NCBI RefSeq assembly: GCF_964204645.1
Contig: NC_134027.1
Span: 25,072,560-25,136,559, forward strand
Reading direction: 5' to 3'
DNA length: 64,000 nt
From: Tubulanus polymorphus
Taxonomy: Eukaryota; Animalia; Nemertea
In this document: piece by piece, positions 51,101-64,000 of the stretch
Position numbering within the stretch: the first letter of the stretch is position 1
How the letters are laid out: the number at the start of each line of letters is the position of its first letter
Made by a program: the position numbers and the translations under genes
The notes under the pieces: model-generated
What the model was told of the DNA's origin: nothing
The model's database searches: none
Seen by the model: only the letters and a program-made list of their open reading frames with translations

Positions 51101-54100
51101 GCTCAAAAGTAGAACATGAGCAACTGGATGGAACTGGAGATAGATGGACGCTAACCAATCGTAAGCTCGCTCACATCGACAAATTCGAGCAACTGATTGT
51201 ATCCAGCCAGTTGCTCTCATGCGCCGAAAACTGCCTGGCAACTAGTTGTCTCCAATCGCAGTGTCCATGTGCGCTAGGCTTTAGAACTGAACTAAGTGTA
51301 CAGTGGCCACCCGGTTAATGTACAGTATGAATACCAAAGGAAATAATCAGCGATCAAGTTCTATTAATTGATTGAATCAGTGAATGATATTTCTGTATTT
51401 TTTTCAATCCGTAGTTGGCTGGCGATCACCGACCCGGCAGACGTCGCTCGAGTCGAGAGTAAAACGTTCATCTCGACGCCCGACAAACGCACGACGATCC
51501 CGATTCCGAAAGAGGGCGTTAAAGGCGTTCTGGGAATGTGGAAAAGTCCCGAGGATTTGAACAATATGTTGAACGAAAGATTTCCCGGTTGTATGAAAGG
51601 TCGGTGTTAAACAAAAAAAAGTCCAACTAATTTTACGTGCTTAAGAATCTGAATTGATGGGTCGACAATCGACTGCATTATACCCCTGTTGTGAAATGTT
51701 AATATGTCCAGACCTCTTTTCCGAAGTTTGTGATAGAAATCTAGGCCATTAAGTGAACTAATCTTAACTCTTAAATTACTGGTAGTTAACTCGGGGTCCA
51801 ATTCTACCAAACAGTTTCACTCATAAACTAATTAATTAAAATAAGTTGTATTGATTGAGAAATGATATCGAAATAAAACTTCTTTATGAAACTGGAACAA
51901 AAACCGTGGAACTGGGTCTCGTCCTCGGGGCTCAGTTTCACAAAAAAGTTGGACTCAAATTTTTGGTGTAATCGCTGTTGGTTACTTCATGTTTTCAATG
52001 AGGACAACAATTCGAACTTAACCGTTTTAGGCTTAAACTTTTTCGTGAAACTCTGCGCAGAGATGAGAAAGTCGTTATTGAGGAGATTTTTCTGTATGAA
52101 TATTTTGCAGGTCGTACTATGTATATAATCCCGTTCAGTATGGGTCCAGTCGGTTCACCGCTGTCTAAGATCGGAATCCAGTGCACCGATTCGGCGTACG
52201 TCGCCGCCAGTATGAGAATCATGACCCGAGTCGGAACTAACGTCGTTGAGGCTCTCGGTAAAGACGGGCAGTTCATCAAATGTCTTCACTCCGTCGGACA
52301 ACCTTTACCCATGGCCAGTAAGTATATCAACTGTATTCTGCCCTGATCTCAATCTGAGGCCCAGCTTCATAGTCGATACGTGGTCAATGAATGATTTTCA
52401 ATCTAGTCATGAAGTTGTTAGATCGGCTGTAGAACCAAAACTAGCATAGACAGGTTGTTGGATTGAATCTATAACCTAAATGAGTTTAGACTGGTCGAAG
52501 TTATAAAATAGGCTTTAGAACCAAAATGAGCTTAGACTGGTCTGAAGTTGTTAGATTGACTAAAGAACCAAAATCAGCTTAGACTGGTCTTAAGTTGTTA
52601 GATTGGCTATAGAACCAAAATGAGCTTAGACTGGTCTTAGGTTGTTAGATTTAATTTTTAAACTGAAATGAGCTTAGACTGTCTAAATCTCCAGTCAACT
52701 TTGGAACAGACCCCAATAGATAATCAATCTTAAATGATGCAATATATTCATTCCTAGTTTAAGGTTCATGCGACCCCCCCCCCCCCATTAATTTTCGGTC
52801 CCCTAAACGTATGTCTGATAAAAACCGTGATAAATTATTACAATATTGATGGTTACCTTTTTTCAGAGCCACCCGTGAACAACTGGCCGTGTAATCCGGA
52901 GAAGACTATAATCTGTCATATTCCCGCTAACGATGAGATCTGTTCGTTCGGCAGCGGGTACGGCGGTAACTCGCTGCTCGGTAAGAAATGTTTCGCGCTT
53001 CGTTTGGGATCGATTCTCGCCAAGAAAGAAGGCTGGTTAGCCGAACACATGTTGGTAAGTAGACAGTTCGGTTGATATCAAAACTTCCGTTTGGACAAGA
53101 GGTCCCCTAGTTGGAAAAGGTTATAGAAATATGAAAAGGTTAAGAAAAGCTGTTGTCATACAGTAAACCTCACCCGAACTCGGACTAGCAGAACATGCAG
53201 CAGCAAAGTGTGTCTTGTTTGAATTTTAGGAAAATAAAATCAATGGAAATTAAAAAGTTTTTGTCCGAGTTTCTCAAAAGTTTTGAGTTGCCCATCTACG
53301 AGTTAGACAAGGTTTACTGAAAATATGTTTGATTCGAATTTCCACTTCACTTCGTAGGTATTTGACGAATTTGATCGTTTTCTTTTCAGATTCTCGGAAT
53401 CACGAATCCGAAAGGAGAGAAAAAGTACATCGCGGCAGCTTTCCCGAGCGCTTGCGGTAAAACTAACCTGGCCATGATGAACCCGACGATTCCCGGGTAT
53501 AAAATCGAATGCGTCGGTGACGACATCGCGTGGATGAGATTCGATTCCGAAGGACGATTAAGAGCTATCAATCCTGAAAATGGATTCTTCGGTGTCGCAC
53601 CAGGTAGGTGAAATAGAAATATTGAGAACTGTTATACAGTTGTGTGGATAGATCCAGTTCCACTGTGTGGGCTAAATTTATATCTGAACCCAGTTCCACA
53701 GTTGTGTGGGTTTTATTTGTCCCTGAACTTAGTTCCACAGTTGTGCGGGTTTAATTTGACTCTAGATCCAGTCCCACAGTTATGTGTAGGTTTGATTCAT
53801 TCGACTTTGAACCTAGTCGAACGAATCATCAAACCTACTGTAATCTGTGGAAATGAGTTCAGGTAATTAGCTTAAACCACAACTGAATACCAGAACTCAT
53901 TTCCACAGATCTGGGTAAAAGTTTAATTCGATAGTTTCTGGGCAAGATTTGAATCAATGAGTTGGAATAAGTTAATTCAAATTTTTACTAAAAGCCAAAT
54001 CTAAAACTAGAAACGCTAATATACTTCCACAATTACGGGTTTTAAAATCTTCAAATGTGATGATGTTTTTTTTAAGGAACTTCGTATTCGACGAATCCGA

Positions 54101-56161
54101 ATGCGATGGAAACGATAAAAAAGAACACGGTGTTCACGAACACGGCGCACACGGCAGACGGCGAATACTTCTGGGAAGGTTTGGAGAAAGATCTGCCGGG
54201 TGACGCTAAAGTCACCAGCTGGCTCGGTGACACGTGGACGAAAGGTTGCGGAAAATTGGCCGCACATCCAAACTCCAGGTGAGTCTGAAACCCTCTCTCG
54301 CGCCTTATATTCTACTAATGTCTATTTCAATTTTGCTTTAGAGGACATCAGATGGCCTAGCTCAGTCAGTTTTTGTAGTACAAACATGATATAGGTCTTA
54401 ATAGAACCAACACAAATTAATTTAAACATATGCACGCTGGCTTGAAGTCTTGAATGCAGAAGAATAGAGAAAAGTGACTCCATAATTTGAATGTCTAACA
54501 ATATGCATGCCTATATACCATAATTTTTGATGATTGAAAAAAGTTCAGTTCGTAGGCATGGAGAAATGTTATTAAACTAAGAAAATGGTGTCTCTTCTAT
54601 GATACAACCCCATTCAATGAAGACTTTTTGGTTGTCCTTCAATATAGTCTAATAATGGATTAAAAATCAATGCTTTAGACCTATATCAGGTGTTTACTAC
54701 TTAAACTGACTTGAGCCAGGCCGCCTGACATCTCTAGCAAAGTTGTAATAGACATTAGACAGCGGTATATTTGAGAGTGTCTATTTCTAATCGATTTCAA
54801 TTATTTCAGATTCTGCACACCGGCGGGACAATGCCCGATTATGGATCCCGCGTGGGAAGACTCGGCCGGTGTACCGATTGAAGCTATTCTATTCGGAGGC
54901 CGTCGGCCGGAAGGTGTACCGCTCGTCTACGAAGCGTTCTCGTGGAGTCACGGCGTTCTGATCGGTGGATCGATGAGATCTGAGGCAACTGCTGCAGCTG
55001 AACACAAAGGTACAGTTGAAAATAACGTCCACTGAGTCCGCTGTCTAAAGCAGGGTGGCCAATTCTACCTGGAAATCAGTGAATAGTCTGTGAATTTTTT
55101 TATCGTTAAAAAGTCAGGGGATCGTCTAAAAAAAGCAAAAGACGAGGAAAATTTGTTGAGATTGAAAAATCGCGCATAAAATCAAACAGTTTCCATCGAT
55201 GTCTTACATTGACTGCGATTGGATTCTTAACATCAGTCAGGGAAGACGTCAGAGAATAGTTAATATAATAATCTTTATTTATCTTCAAAGAAATTGAATC
55301 GATCTAAAACATGATATTCATACACAGTGTTTTCAATTAGAAATTAACAAGGCAGGTCCCTTTGAAAAACAGGAGGGTCCCATAATATGTCACAGTCCCT
55401 GAAACAAAAGCTGGTTTGAAAAAGCAGGCGGGTCCTTTACAAACAACAGACGGGTCTGGGACCTGGCTCTTATTGAAAACAGTGATACATAGATATAAAT
55501 ACAAGTATAAAATGTACCGATATCAATTGAAGGAACCAAGTGAAGCAAATGCTTGTAGGTTTGGTGACCCACACTCTAGTCATGAGAGAAAAAAGTGTCA
55601 GGTCGCATAAAAGTGGCCACCCTGAATGACGTAGCTTATGAAAAGATTTAGGAAAAGACCGACAGAAGACTTTGATTTCTAATAGTAATATTTACTATTT
55701 CAGCAAAAGTGATAATGCACGATCCGTTCGCGATGCGTCCATTCTTCGGGTACAACTTCGGCGACTACATGCAACACTGGCTGGACATGGAGAAAGTGCC
55801 GAATCGCAAACTGCCGAAGATCTTCCACGTCAACTGGTTCCGTCGCGACGCCGCCGGCAAATTCCTGTGGCCCGGCTTCGGCGAGAACTCGCGCGTGCTC
55901 GACTGGATCTTCCGCCGCACGAACGACGAGGACATCGCCGAAAAGACGGCGATCGGCTACGTGCCGAAAGCGGACTCGATCAACATGAACGGCTACGACG
56001 GCTCGTGCGACTTGCCGCAGCTGTTCCACGTGCCGAAAGATTTCTGGAAGCAGGAGGTGAAAGAGATTCGCAAGTACTTCGACGAACAGGTGCCCGACGA
56101 CTTGCCGCCGAAAGTCGGCGAGGAGTTGAACGCGTTGGAGGATCGCGTCGGCAAATTATAG
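48172..56161 (+). CDS. PCK: Phosphoenolpyruvate carboxykinase (GTP)
   Basis: Exons 48172-48320 (candidate first), 49931-50191, 51415-51599 ([13 protein letters not shown]), 52111-52317 ([13 protein letters not shown]), 52867-53054 ([25 protein letters not shown]), 53390-53603 ([32 protein letters not shown]), 54077-54278 (AHPNSRF), 54810-55009 (ILFGGRR), 55704-56161 ([29 protein letters not shown]; stop TAG). These are signature motifs of GTP-PEPCK. Confidence 0.97.
55051..55624. mobile_element. CAGGGTGGCC-terminal MITE family (hAT-like ends)
   Basis: cagggtggcc ... gtggccaccctg termini. Relatives with a gtcagggaatagtcaggg core at about 6906-7113, 30560-30835 and 37240-37432. Confidence 0.6.
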
Positions 56162-59100
56162 ACAGAACTTTTTCGACGACGATTCATATTTATTTATCGG
56201 ATATCTAGAGGAGCGATGCATAATTCATGACTTAGAAAATATGACATACGTCGACGAACTACAACCATAAGAAAAAACGGAAGAAAGAAAACTGAAAATA
56301 TTTTAGCACGGATTTGTTTATTTATTATTTAGGAAATCAATAGACGGCAGACGCTTCGTTTCGACCGTTCGTATACACGTAATCGTAGCAACTTATTGAA
56401 AACCGTGAATCGGTGGGAAAAAACGTACGAACGTAGATCGAATAAAGATGGCAGCACGGTCGCCGTTCGATCGTAAGATTTCAGCATGTGGAAAAAAATA
56501 AAGAATTTTCAACGCGGTAGAACCCGTTCGATTTTTGGACGCATGAAATTAATTCAGTTCACGAGAAATCCGGATTCAATGTTATATTTGATTTTACGTA
56601 TATATGCAATTGTCAAAGTCTGCAAATGCTCCGAAAAGCGGATCTTCGTTTATGACGCAATTCTCTTCGTTCTTCGGAGAAACCCTTCCTTCTAACTCCG
56701 AATATGACTAAGTTAACCAGCAGCGTACTTGCTCAAAATATGATTATGAATACCGGTATTAAAGACAACTCTTAGGAAAAAATGAAAATAATTTCTATTT
56801 CGAGTGTAATGGGTACGCAAGTTTCATTCCAATGCCCGAAAATACTTTCATCGATTTTTAAGACGTTTATTTTAGGGGAAAAAAAACGTCTGAAAATTGT
56901 GCTTAAAATTCGACCCATGTCTAAATCTCAAATCCATGGTGCTCTTCGGGATTGGGCTTTTGTTATACCGGTAAATAAGAATTACTATTACTGTAACTCC
57001 AAGTGCCTTTTCAATCATGAACCCTTTATTGGAAAATGTAGGAACTACAAGTATTCAAGTCTACTGTTCAACCGAGCTCAGGAAATATTCGAAAACAAGT
57101 TGTTACGAAATCTGCTCACTTTGATGTTATTTATCGTTCGTAGACTAGCCAGACGCTTCTCGGATTATTTTTGATTTTATCAGGTTTTAAACGACTGTGA
57201 TTTCGATCCGCATACTGTAATTCTTACCTCGGTATCTTGCGCTACAAGGCAAGGTAAACGACCTTGAAAATACTGCTGTCTCTTAAACTTGTTCGGAAAA
57301 CCACCATCATCTTGGGATTATCGGTTTTTTTTTTAAACATTGATTGAGCAATGAGGTACCGGTGACATGCACCAGATGGCGCACCAATAGACCCAGTTTT
57401 GTGGTGATTATTTAGTTTGGTTTCAATGTGAACTGGATTTTTACACTCCTGAATCCAAGTATTATCAAACAAATTATCGAATAGATCTAAGATCGACCTT
57501 CCCACTCGGTTCGTAGTGAATATTTCACTGATAATTGGTTAAATCATCACAAGAAAGGTAAATTAGAGTTTAATGGAAAGTAGAAGAAATCGTGCGTGAT
57601 TTGATCAACCACTAGCCACACCTGGTAGATCCTCGCTTGCCGCAGTAGCTGCACCGGTACCTCGTTCAATAATCATATTATTATTTTTATTATTATTATT
57701 ATAACATCGTACAGTTGTTTCGTTGTTGCGTGAGAAATGTATCGAAATAGTCGTCGATTAGTTGTAACTGCTGTTTCGTAGTAGGCATTGTTTGATAAAT
57801 ACATGCGACGATCATCGGCTTTGCGTAGAGATCGTTCGTCCCTGTTCACGCGCCACAGGTCCACATTCCTTTACTTCGTTCTATAACGGTGTGTATCTTT
57901 TATTAAAAATTAACGAATCACTCGGGCATTATATTCGTTAGAATTCTCGCACGTTTTGAAATCTCGATTAATTAACTAACGATTTGGTTTTAATGCGGGT
58001 ATCATGAATCTGCTACCTGTACCCATAGGTCAGGAGAGCTCGGTCCGATATCATAAAAAGTTAAACCCAAATATTTGCTTAAATGCAATTGGTAACTTCA
58101 TGTTTTCAATGAAGCCAACAATTTCAAGTTAACCATTTTGATCTTAAATTACGGATTGACCCTAACATCTATTTGATTAGTAGAATTTATTTGATTTGAC
58201 TTGATTGTACAACGTTAAAACTTTTTCATAAAACTGTACCCTGATCAAGTCTTGTATGAATTGCGGAGAGCAGATTGTCTGAGGGGGTGCATGGTACAGG
58301 CAGCATATTGTTGGAGGAGGCAGAGGGTACAGACAGTCGATTGTCTGAGGGTACAGACAGCAGATCGATACCTACAGCATAACACGGTGGTGTTAACACG
58401 TACTATCAATATTGTCAGAGATGGTCGCGTTATAATAATTTCGATTGCGATAGTGATGATAATTTTACTGTTGTTCATGAGATTGAGTGAATGAATGCGT
58501 TTTATAAAGTTCGATGAAAGAACGATTTTAACTTTTATTTGCGTCGTCGTAAATTAACCATCGCAGACGGATTCTATAGGAGATCAATAATTGTGTTGCG
58601 ATGATGGAATATTTTTGTATTGCGTGATGTCAAAATGGTGATTTTTAATTTTCGTCTACGAAGGAAAACCTAACTGTTCCACTCTCCCGCAAATCGTGTT
58701 GTTTCTGGTGCCGTTCTGTTCCATGATGAAAGTGTGTGTAAGCCAGCCTATAAATACCAGTTCACGATATCATCATGTTTTTGTTCAAATAGCCCATTTC
58801 TGAATGTACGTACAACACTAGCCGAAAAACCACCAGGGATTCTACATGTTGGACAGTACACTCAAACCAAGCTTGCGACAACTGAAAATGGTGGCTTATG
58901 TACTGAAGTTCATACAATGAATCCCTGCATAAAGAACAGGGTATAGGAAGTCTATATTAGTTACAGCTCTAGTTTTAGTGATCACTTCGTAAAATAGGAA
59001 TATTTATGATACGTAACTATAGTATGTTTGTATGTACTATTTTCTGGTTTTTAACTGGCTTTCTATATTCCCACACGTGATATATTCCTATGTCATTCTG

Positions 59101-60011
59101 ATAGGCCTAATTACCTTTAGAGCAAGATTGATACGTAGTATATATTCCTTAGATGCAAATCTTTTGCATGTTGTTTTCAAATAAAGACTTATCTATATAC
59201 AATATTGTGATTCCATTGTATTCGATTGGTCGATTGTCTTAAGGTCTACAACCAATGGTCTGTTTGCTAATTAGGCAGAGGGAGTCCCAGGTTCCGATTG
59301 CTGAATAGAGGATCAATGAATAGAGGATAGACAGGGGATGTCTCCGGGTTATAACCTTATTGGGATAATGATTCCGGGCGTCATCGGTCGCCTCTGTACA
59401 GGATGACCCTGGGTGTGCCAGGTTCAAATCCAGTGTACGTATCATTGAAGCAGATTCTGAGTGCTAGGTGGCAGCACCTTACTATCCCCTAGTGGAATTT
59501 CTATGAACTGATGGTTTTCTTGATCAAATACCACAAAGCCAGTCATGGTTTGACACATAGATTAGTTGACAGAATTGCCACTAGGTTATTGTACGAAACA
59601 GTCATACAGCTGCGGTTGCCTAACAGAGCCTTGTGGAAACCTCTTGCATTGCCCACATACACCAAATTCGTCCAATGAAGTTCTTTGATACACATAATGA
59701 CTAGGACCTCGGTGATTCACGCCATACAGAACCATCGATCTTAACTGTAGACAATCAATTGGGTTGTCCTGCAATAAAGCCGATAAATCAGGGTGTCTTC
59801 AAACCTGGATGTTAAATAGATCGATCGTGGTGCAAAATGCTACATTCCAAGTCATTTCGGCAACAAGGACGACCGATCCTGGGTCCTAACCTGGTGGTTA
59901 CCAAATAGAGGGATACAAACACCAGCAGTTGACCGCTACAAAATGAACTCACAACCGAACTCTGGTGTTTTCCATTCGTCAGTTTTTTATTTATTTGTAT
60001 CTATAAACAAT

Positions 60012-61991
60012 CTATTTGTTAGCTTCCTCGGCCTCTCTGGCTTTCTTTTGACGGAGACCGTACAATCGTTTGTTAGCGCGAGCTTTCCTCAACGCGGTAA
60101 ACACCGAGTATTTCTTCTCCTCTTCGGTGATAGCTCGTGGTTTCTCGTGTCGCACCGTCTGCTTGATCGGCATCACTAACTTACCCTTCAACTGAGTGGC
60201 CATCGACACTTCTTCGGCCTAGTGGAAAAATGAGAATAGGAAACAAATGAAAATGATGCGTGGAAGTAAGTCACAATTAATATCAGTCAAATCCTGGTGG
60301 CGACAGAGTTTCTTGGTCGAAGGTTCTTCTCCGGTCTCTCCCCAATGGGAAAAAAGAAACATCGAACCCGCTTATAATGCCATGCATGGCACTTAGCGGG
60401 TTGAGGGTCGTAAAAAAAAATCAATATCAGTTAGTTAGCGTATATTTGATTCCAATTCATAGTGGATCCTCTTTATAACGTATTCAAAGAGTTGATTAAT
60501 CAGAAAATTAGAAAGAAACCCAATTTTGTACCGGAGATTAAATTCTATTATTGGTTCTAACGAACAGATTTTCTGGTCTCCGGAAGCAAGATCCCTACTA
60601 CAGATCAGTCATTCCAGAAATCAAGGAGAAAATTTCATATTTCCAGGAGCGTATGCCCACAATCACGCGGAAGTGATTTAGCCGCGTCCCAACCGGAACC
60701 AGTTGCAATTCACAAACAAAATTTGACCCATGCTTAAGATATTTTTCTCTGGCCTGGTGCAACGCTTTTGGTCCACTAGAAGTGCTTGTGTGATCGCGGC
60801 TAATCTATCACTTTCATAACTCAATTACAGTAGACTGCTCCAGATTCATTACTGTTTATCTTGGTAAACCATAATTTAGTGGTTTTGCAATGCATAAGCA
60901 TATGCATATTCCAATCTTTTATTCTTTTACTTTACTTTTACTTCAGAAGTTCGTCGTAACAGGTTCCGCCACTGTTATTTCACACTGCTTCCAACGGCGA
61001 TCGAACTTATGGTAAATATTTCTGCTTTCAAACTTACCGAGGCATCACCCTTCTTCGGTTTGCTCGACTTCTTCGGGAACAGAATCAATTTCGACTTGTA
61101 TTCCTTCAGACGTTGAGTGTTCAACTGAAGCGATTCGACGCTGCGGTTTTTACGACGGTGGTCGACGGAGATTCCGATCGTCGGAGCTAAACGTTTACTG
61201 ATACCAGCTGCCTACAAATACAACAACTAAAACATTAAATCATCGGTTTTACATGTGACGATTTAAGCCTCATCCAGTGTCCCCAATTAGTCAATTGAAT
61301 TCAAAATTCCCAAACGTTTCCTTTTTTTTTTAAGGTAAATGAAACTGAAATTGAAATGAACAGACACCATCATATCACAGGGTTGTCGTTAACATTTTGA
61401 TTTTCAAGAAAGATTGCTAAAGAATTGCTTAGCTTTGTTTAATGCTACATGCAATATGCAATCTAGTCTATGAATATTCCCGAATATTTCCAGGATTAGG
61501 GAAAACAAATTCCTAAAATCTTTGAAGTTTTTCCAGATATTGTGGATCTCCGCAATCTCACTAATGACTGATGACATTCAAGCGCCATGAAAATGATTTT
61601 TGAGCCCATTCCATGATACTAGAGGCTGTTTTGACCAATTCCCATTTCAAAACTTTTAAGAACTTTCAAGGATTGCTATCGACCCTGCAGATCAAACATA
61701 CTTTAGGAAACAACTGAAAAGAATAATTTTGTTAAAACAACGAACCTTTAACTCGTCCAAAGTGAATCCACGTCCGGCTCGAACCTTCGTGTTGTATTTA
61801 AACATCTGGCATCGAACGACGGGTCTGAGCGGACCGGCGACCGGCCTCGGCGCGATCGTCCTCGCCTTCTTCACTCGGTTCTGGTAACGGCGTTGTTTCC
61901 TCGCCGGTTGATTGAACCACGTTTTCACGTAACGTTCCCAGTATTTGTGGAAATGCCCGTTGGGCACGACATTGTTTCGTTTCGGAGCCAT
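60012..61991 (-). CDS. RPL13: 60S ribosomal protein L13 (eL13)
   Basis: Exons 61991-61746 ([44 protein letters not shown]), 61211-61038 ([35 protein letters not shown]), 60218-60012 (..[26 protein letters not shown]); 208 aa. AATAAA at about 59987-59992. Confidence 0.97.
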
Positions 61992-62595
61992 CGTTTATCT
62001 GAAATCAAGAGAATTTTACTTTGTCATTTCAAATAGACGATGATGTGTGTATCATTACTAGGCTACTAGGCATTAATTAAGTAAGAAGGTAGGTATTCTT
62101 AAGCCATTATAACCACCGGTCCACCTACCCCCCCCCCCCCTTGAACCTGTCAACAATGTCAATCGTGGCTTCAGAAGACTGTCAACTTAATCAAGATAAC
62201 TTTGAGAACGTCTTTTGTGCCAATTGTGGAGCCCAAACTCGGCATCAATTATCTTAATTCAAAGGCATATATTCCCGAAACTTTAATTACGAGTGACCAA
62301 ACAATTGACTAATTGTAACTGACTGTTCGATCGAAACATTAACAAGTGTCAATCATCTTTTAGTCTCCAAATTGAACGATAATCCGGGAAATAAGCAACC
62401 AGGAAGTAAAATTCACATGGAATATCCGTCCAAATCAAGGCGCCTAATCGTAAAACTAAACGGGTTTGGAATGAAATACAGATTATTCGGGGTAGAGAAA
62501 GACGTGTTCCGTCTATTGCTGAAACGATTATTTATTTCGGGGTCGGGATCGCTCGTAAATAAGAGGATTTCGATTATATCCAGACATCTACCAAC

Positions 62596-62626
62596 CTCAG
62601 AACGCAATGGCCGACAGGAAGAAAGG
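62596..62626 (-). promoter_or_regulatory. RPL13: RPL13 non-coding first exon with 5' TOP/TCT motif
   Basis: Minus strand CCTTTCTTCCTGTCGGCCATTGCGTTCTGAG|gttggt: pyrimidine-tract start typical of ribosomal protein mRNAs and a YY1-like GCCAT. Acceptor TTCAG just above 61998. Confidence 0.75.
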
Positions 62627-63019
62627 TCGCATCAATGCATTATGGGAAGTGGAGTTGGCGAGGCTACTGCGGCAATTGAGGAATTCAATATGGCCGCGCC
62701 CATGGAAAATTAAGTTTAACGTTTGATCCCAATTAAATGCCAATTGTTATGCGAATACAACCCGTAAGACATAGAAATCGCTGCAAAATGTCAATTTTAT
62801 TCCAACAAAGACTTTTTATGGCATCGTTGAAAAAATCAACGCCTCTAAAAAACAGATCTAGTGACTTCTACCCCGAATCGATGCACTAATTACTGAACCA
62901 AAACGTCTGAACTCTTCTTCGGGTCGTGCCCGGCGTCGCGGTCATGGAAATTTTCATTCGTTGATATATTTTTTCTCATTTTAGTTTCTGTGAATAATTA
63001 ATAAGCAAGAAGAAAAGAC

Positions 63020-63941
<922 letters not shown>

Positions 63942-64000
63942 TGAAGTTTGAAAGAAAGAAAATTTTTTTTAACCAAAATGAGTTTCACAAAAAAACAAGA

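Noticed and set aside
60279-60431. C/D snoRNA near the 3' splice site of the last RPL13 intron
   Set aside because: A CTGA is at a suitable distance but there is no C box. The aatatcagt direct repeats at both ends suggest a small insertion instead.

Overview
Eukaryotic, intron-rich, AT-rich animal DNA from an invertebrate; the species cannot be determined from the sequence. Four conserved genes are present. MAGI (WW/PDZ scaffold, + strand) is seen from its WW exon at 1937 to its stop at 39886. GTP-dependent PEPCK (+, about 44288/48172-56161) has two candidate first exons. RPL13 (-, 60012-62626) lies head-to-head with the 5' end of mitochondrial leucyl-tRNA synthetase (+, from 63020). The standout feature is a ~19 kb tandem array (~8040-27120, unit ~3.57 kb) nested antisense in a 21 kb MAGI intron. 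It holds five spliced genes for secreted signal-pro-KR-mature peptides with a CxC-x17/18-CC-x6-CC framework that resembles sea-anemone APETx/BDS beta-defensin-fold toxins. The order is A,B,B,A,(gene-less unit),C. Mature peptides are hypervariable while the surrounding DNA is nearly identical. Gene C is missing from the supplied ORF track. Units 1-4 carry a TSD-flanked insertion with a Penelope-type hammerhead ribozyme core, copy 3 has lost its TATA box, and unit 5 has lost its gene. A 1302-bp near-perfect tandem duplication copies part of a MAGI exon. All exon coordinates were read by eye from GT-AG sites and frame continuity.
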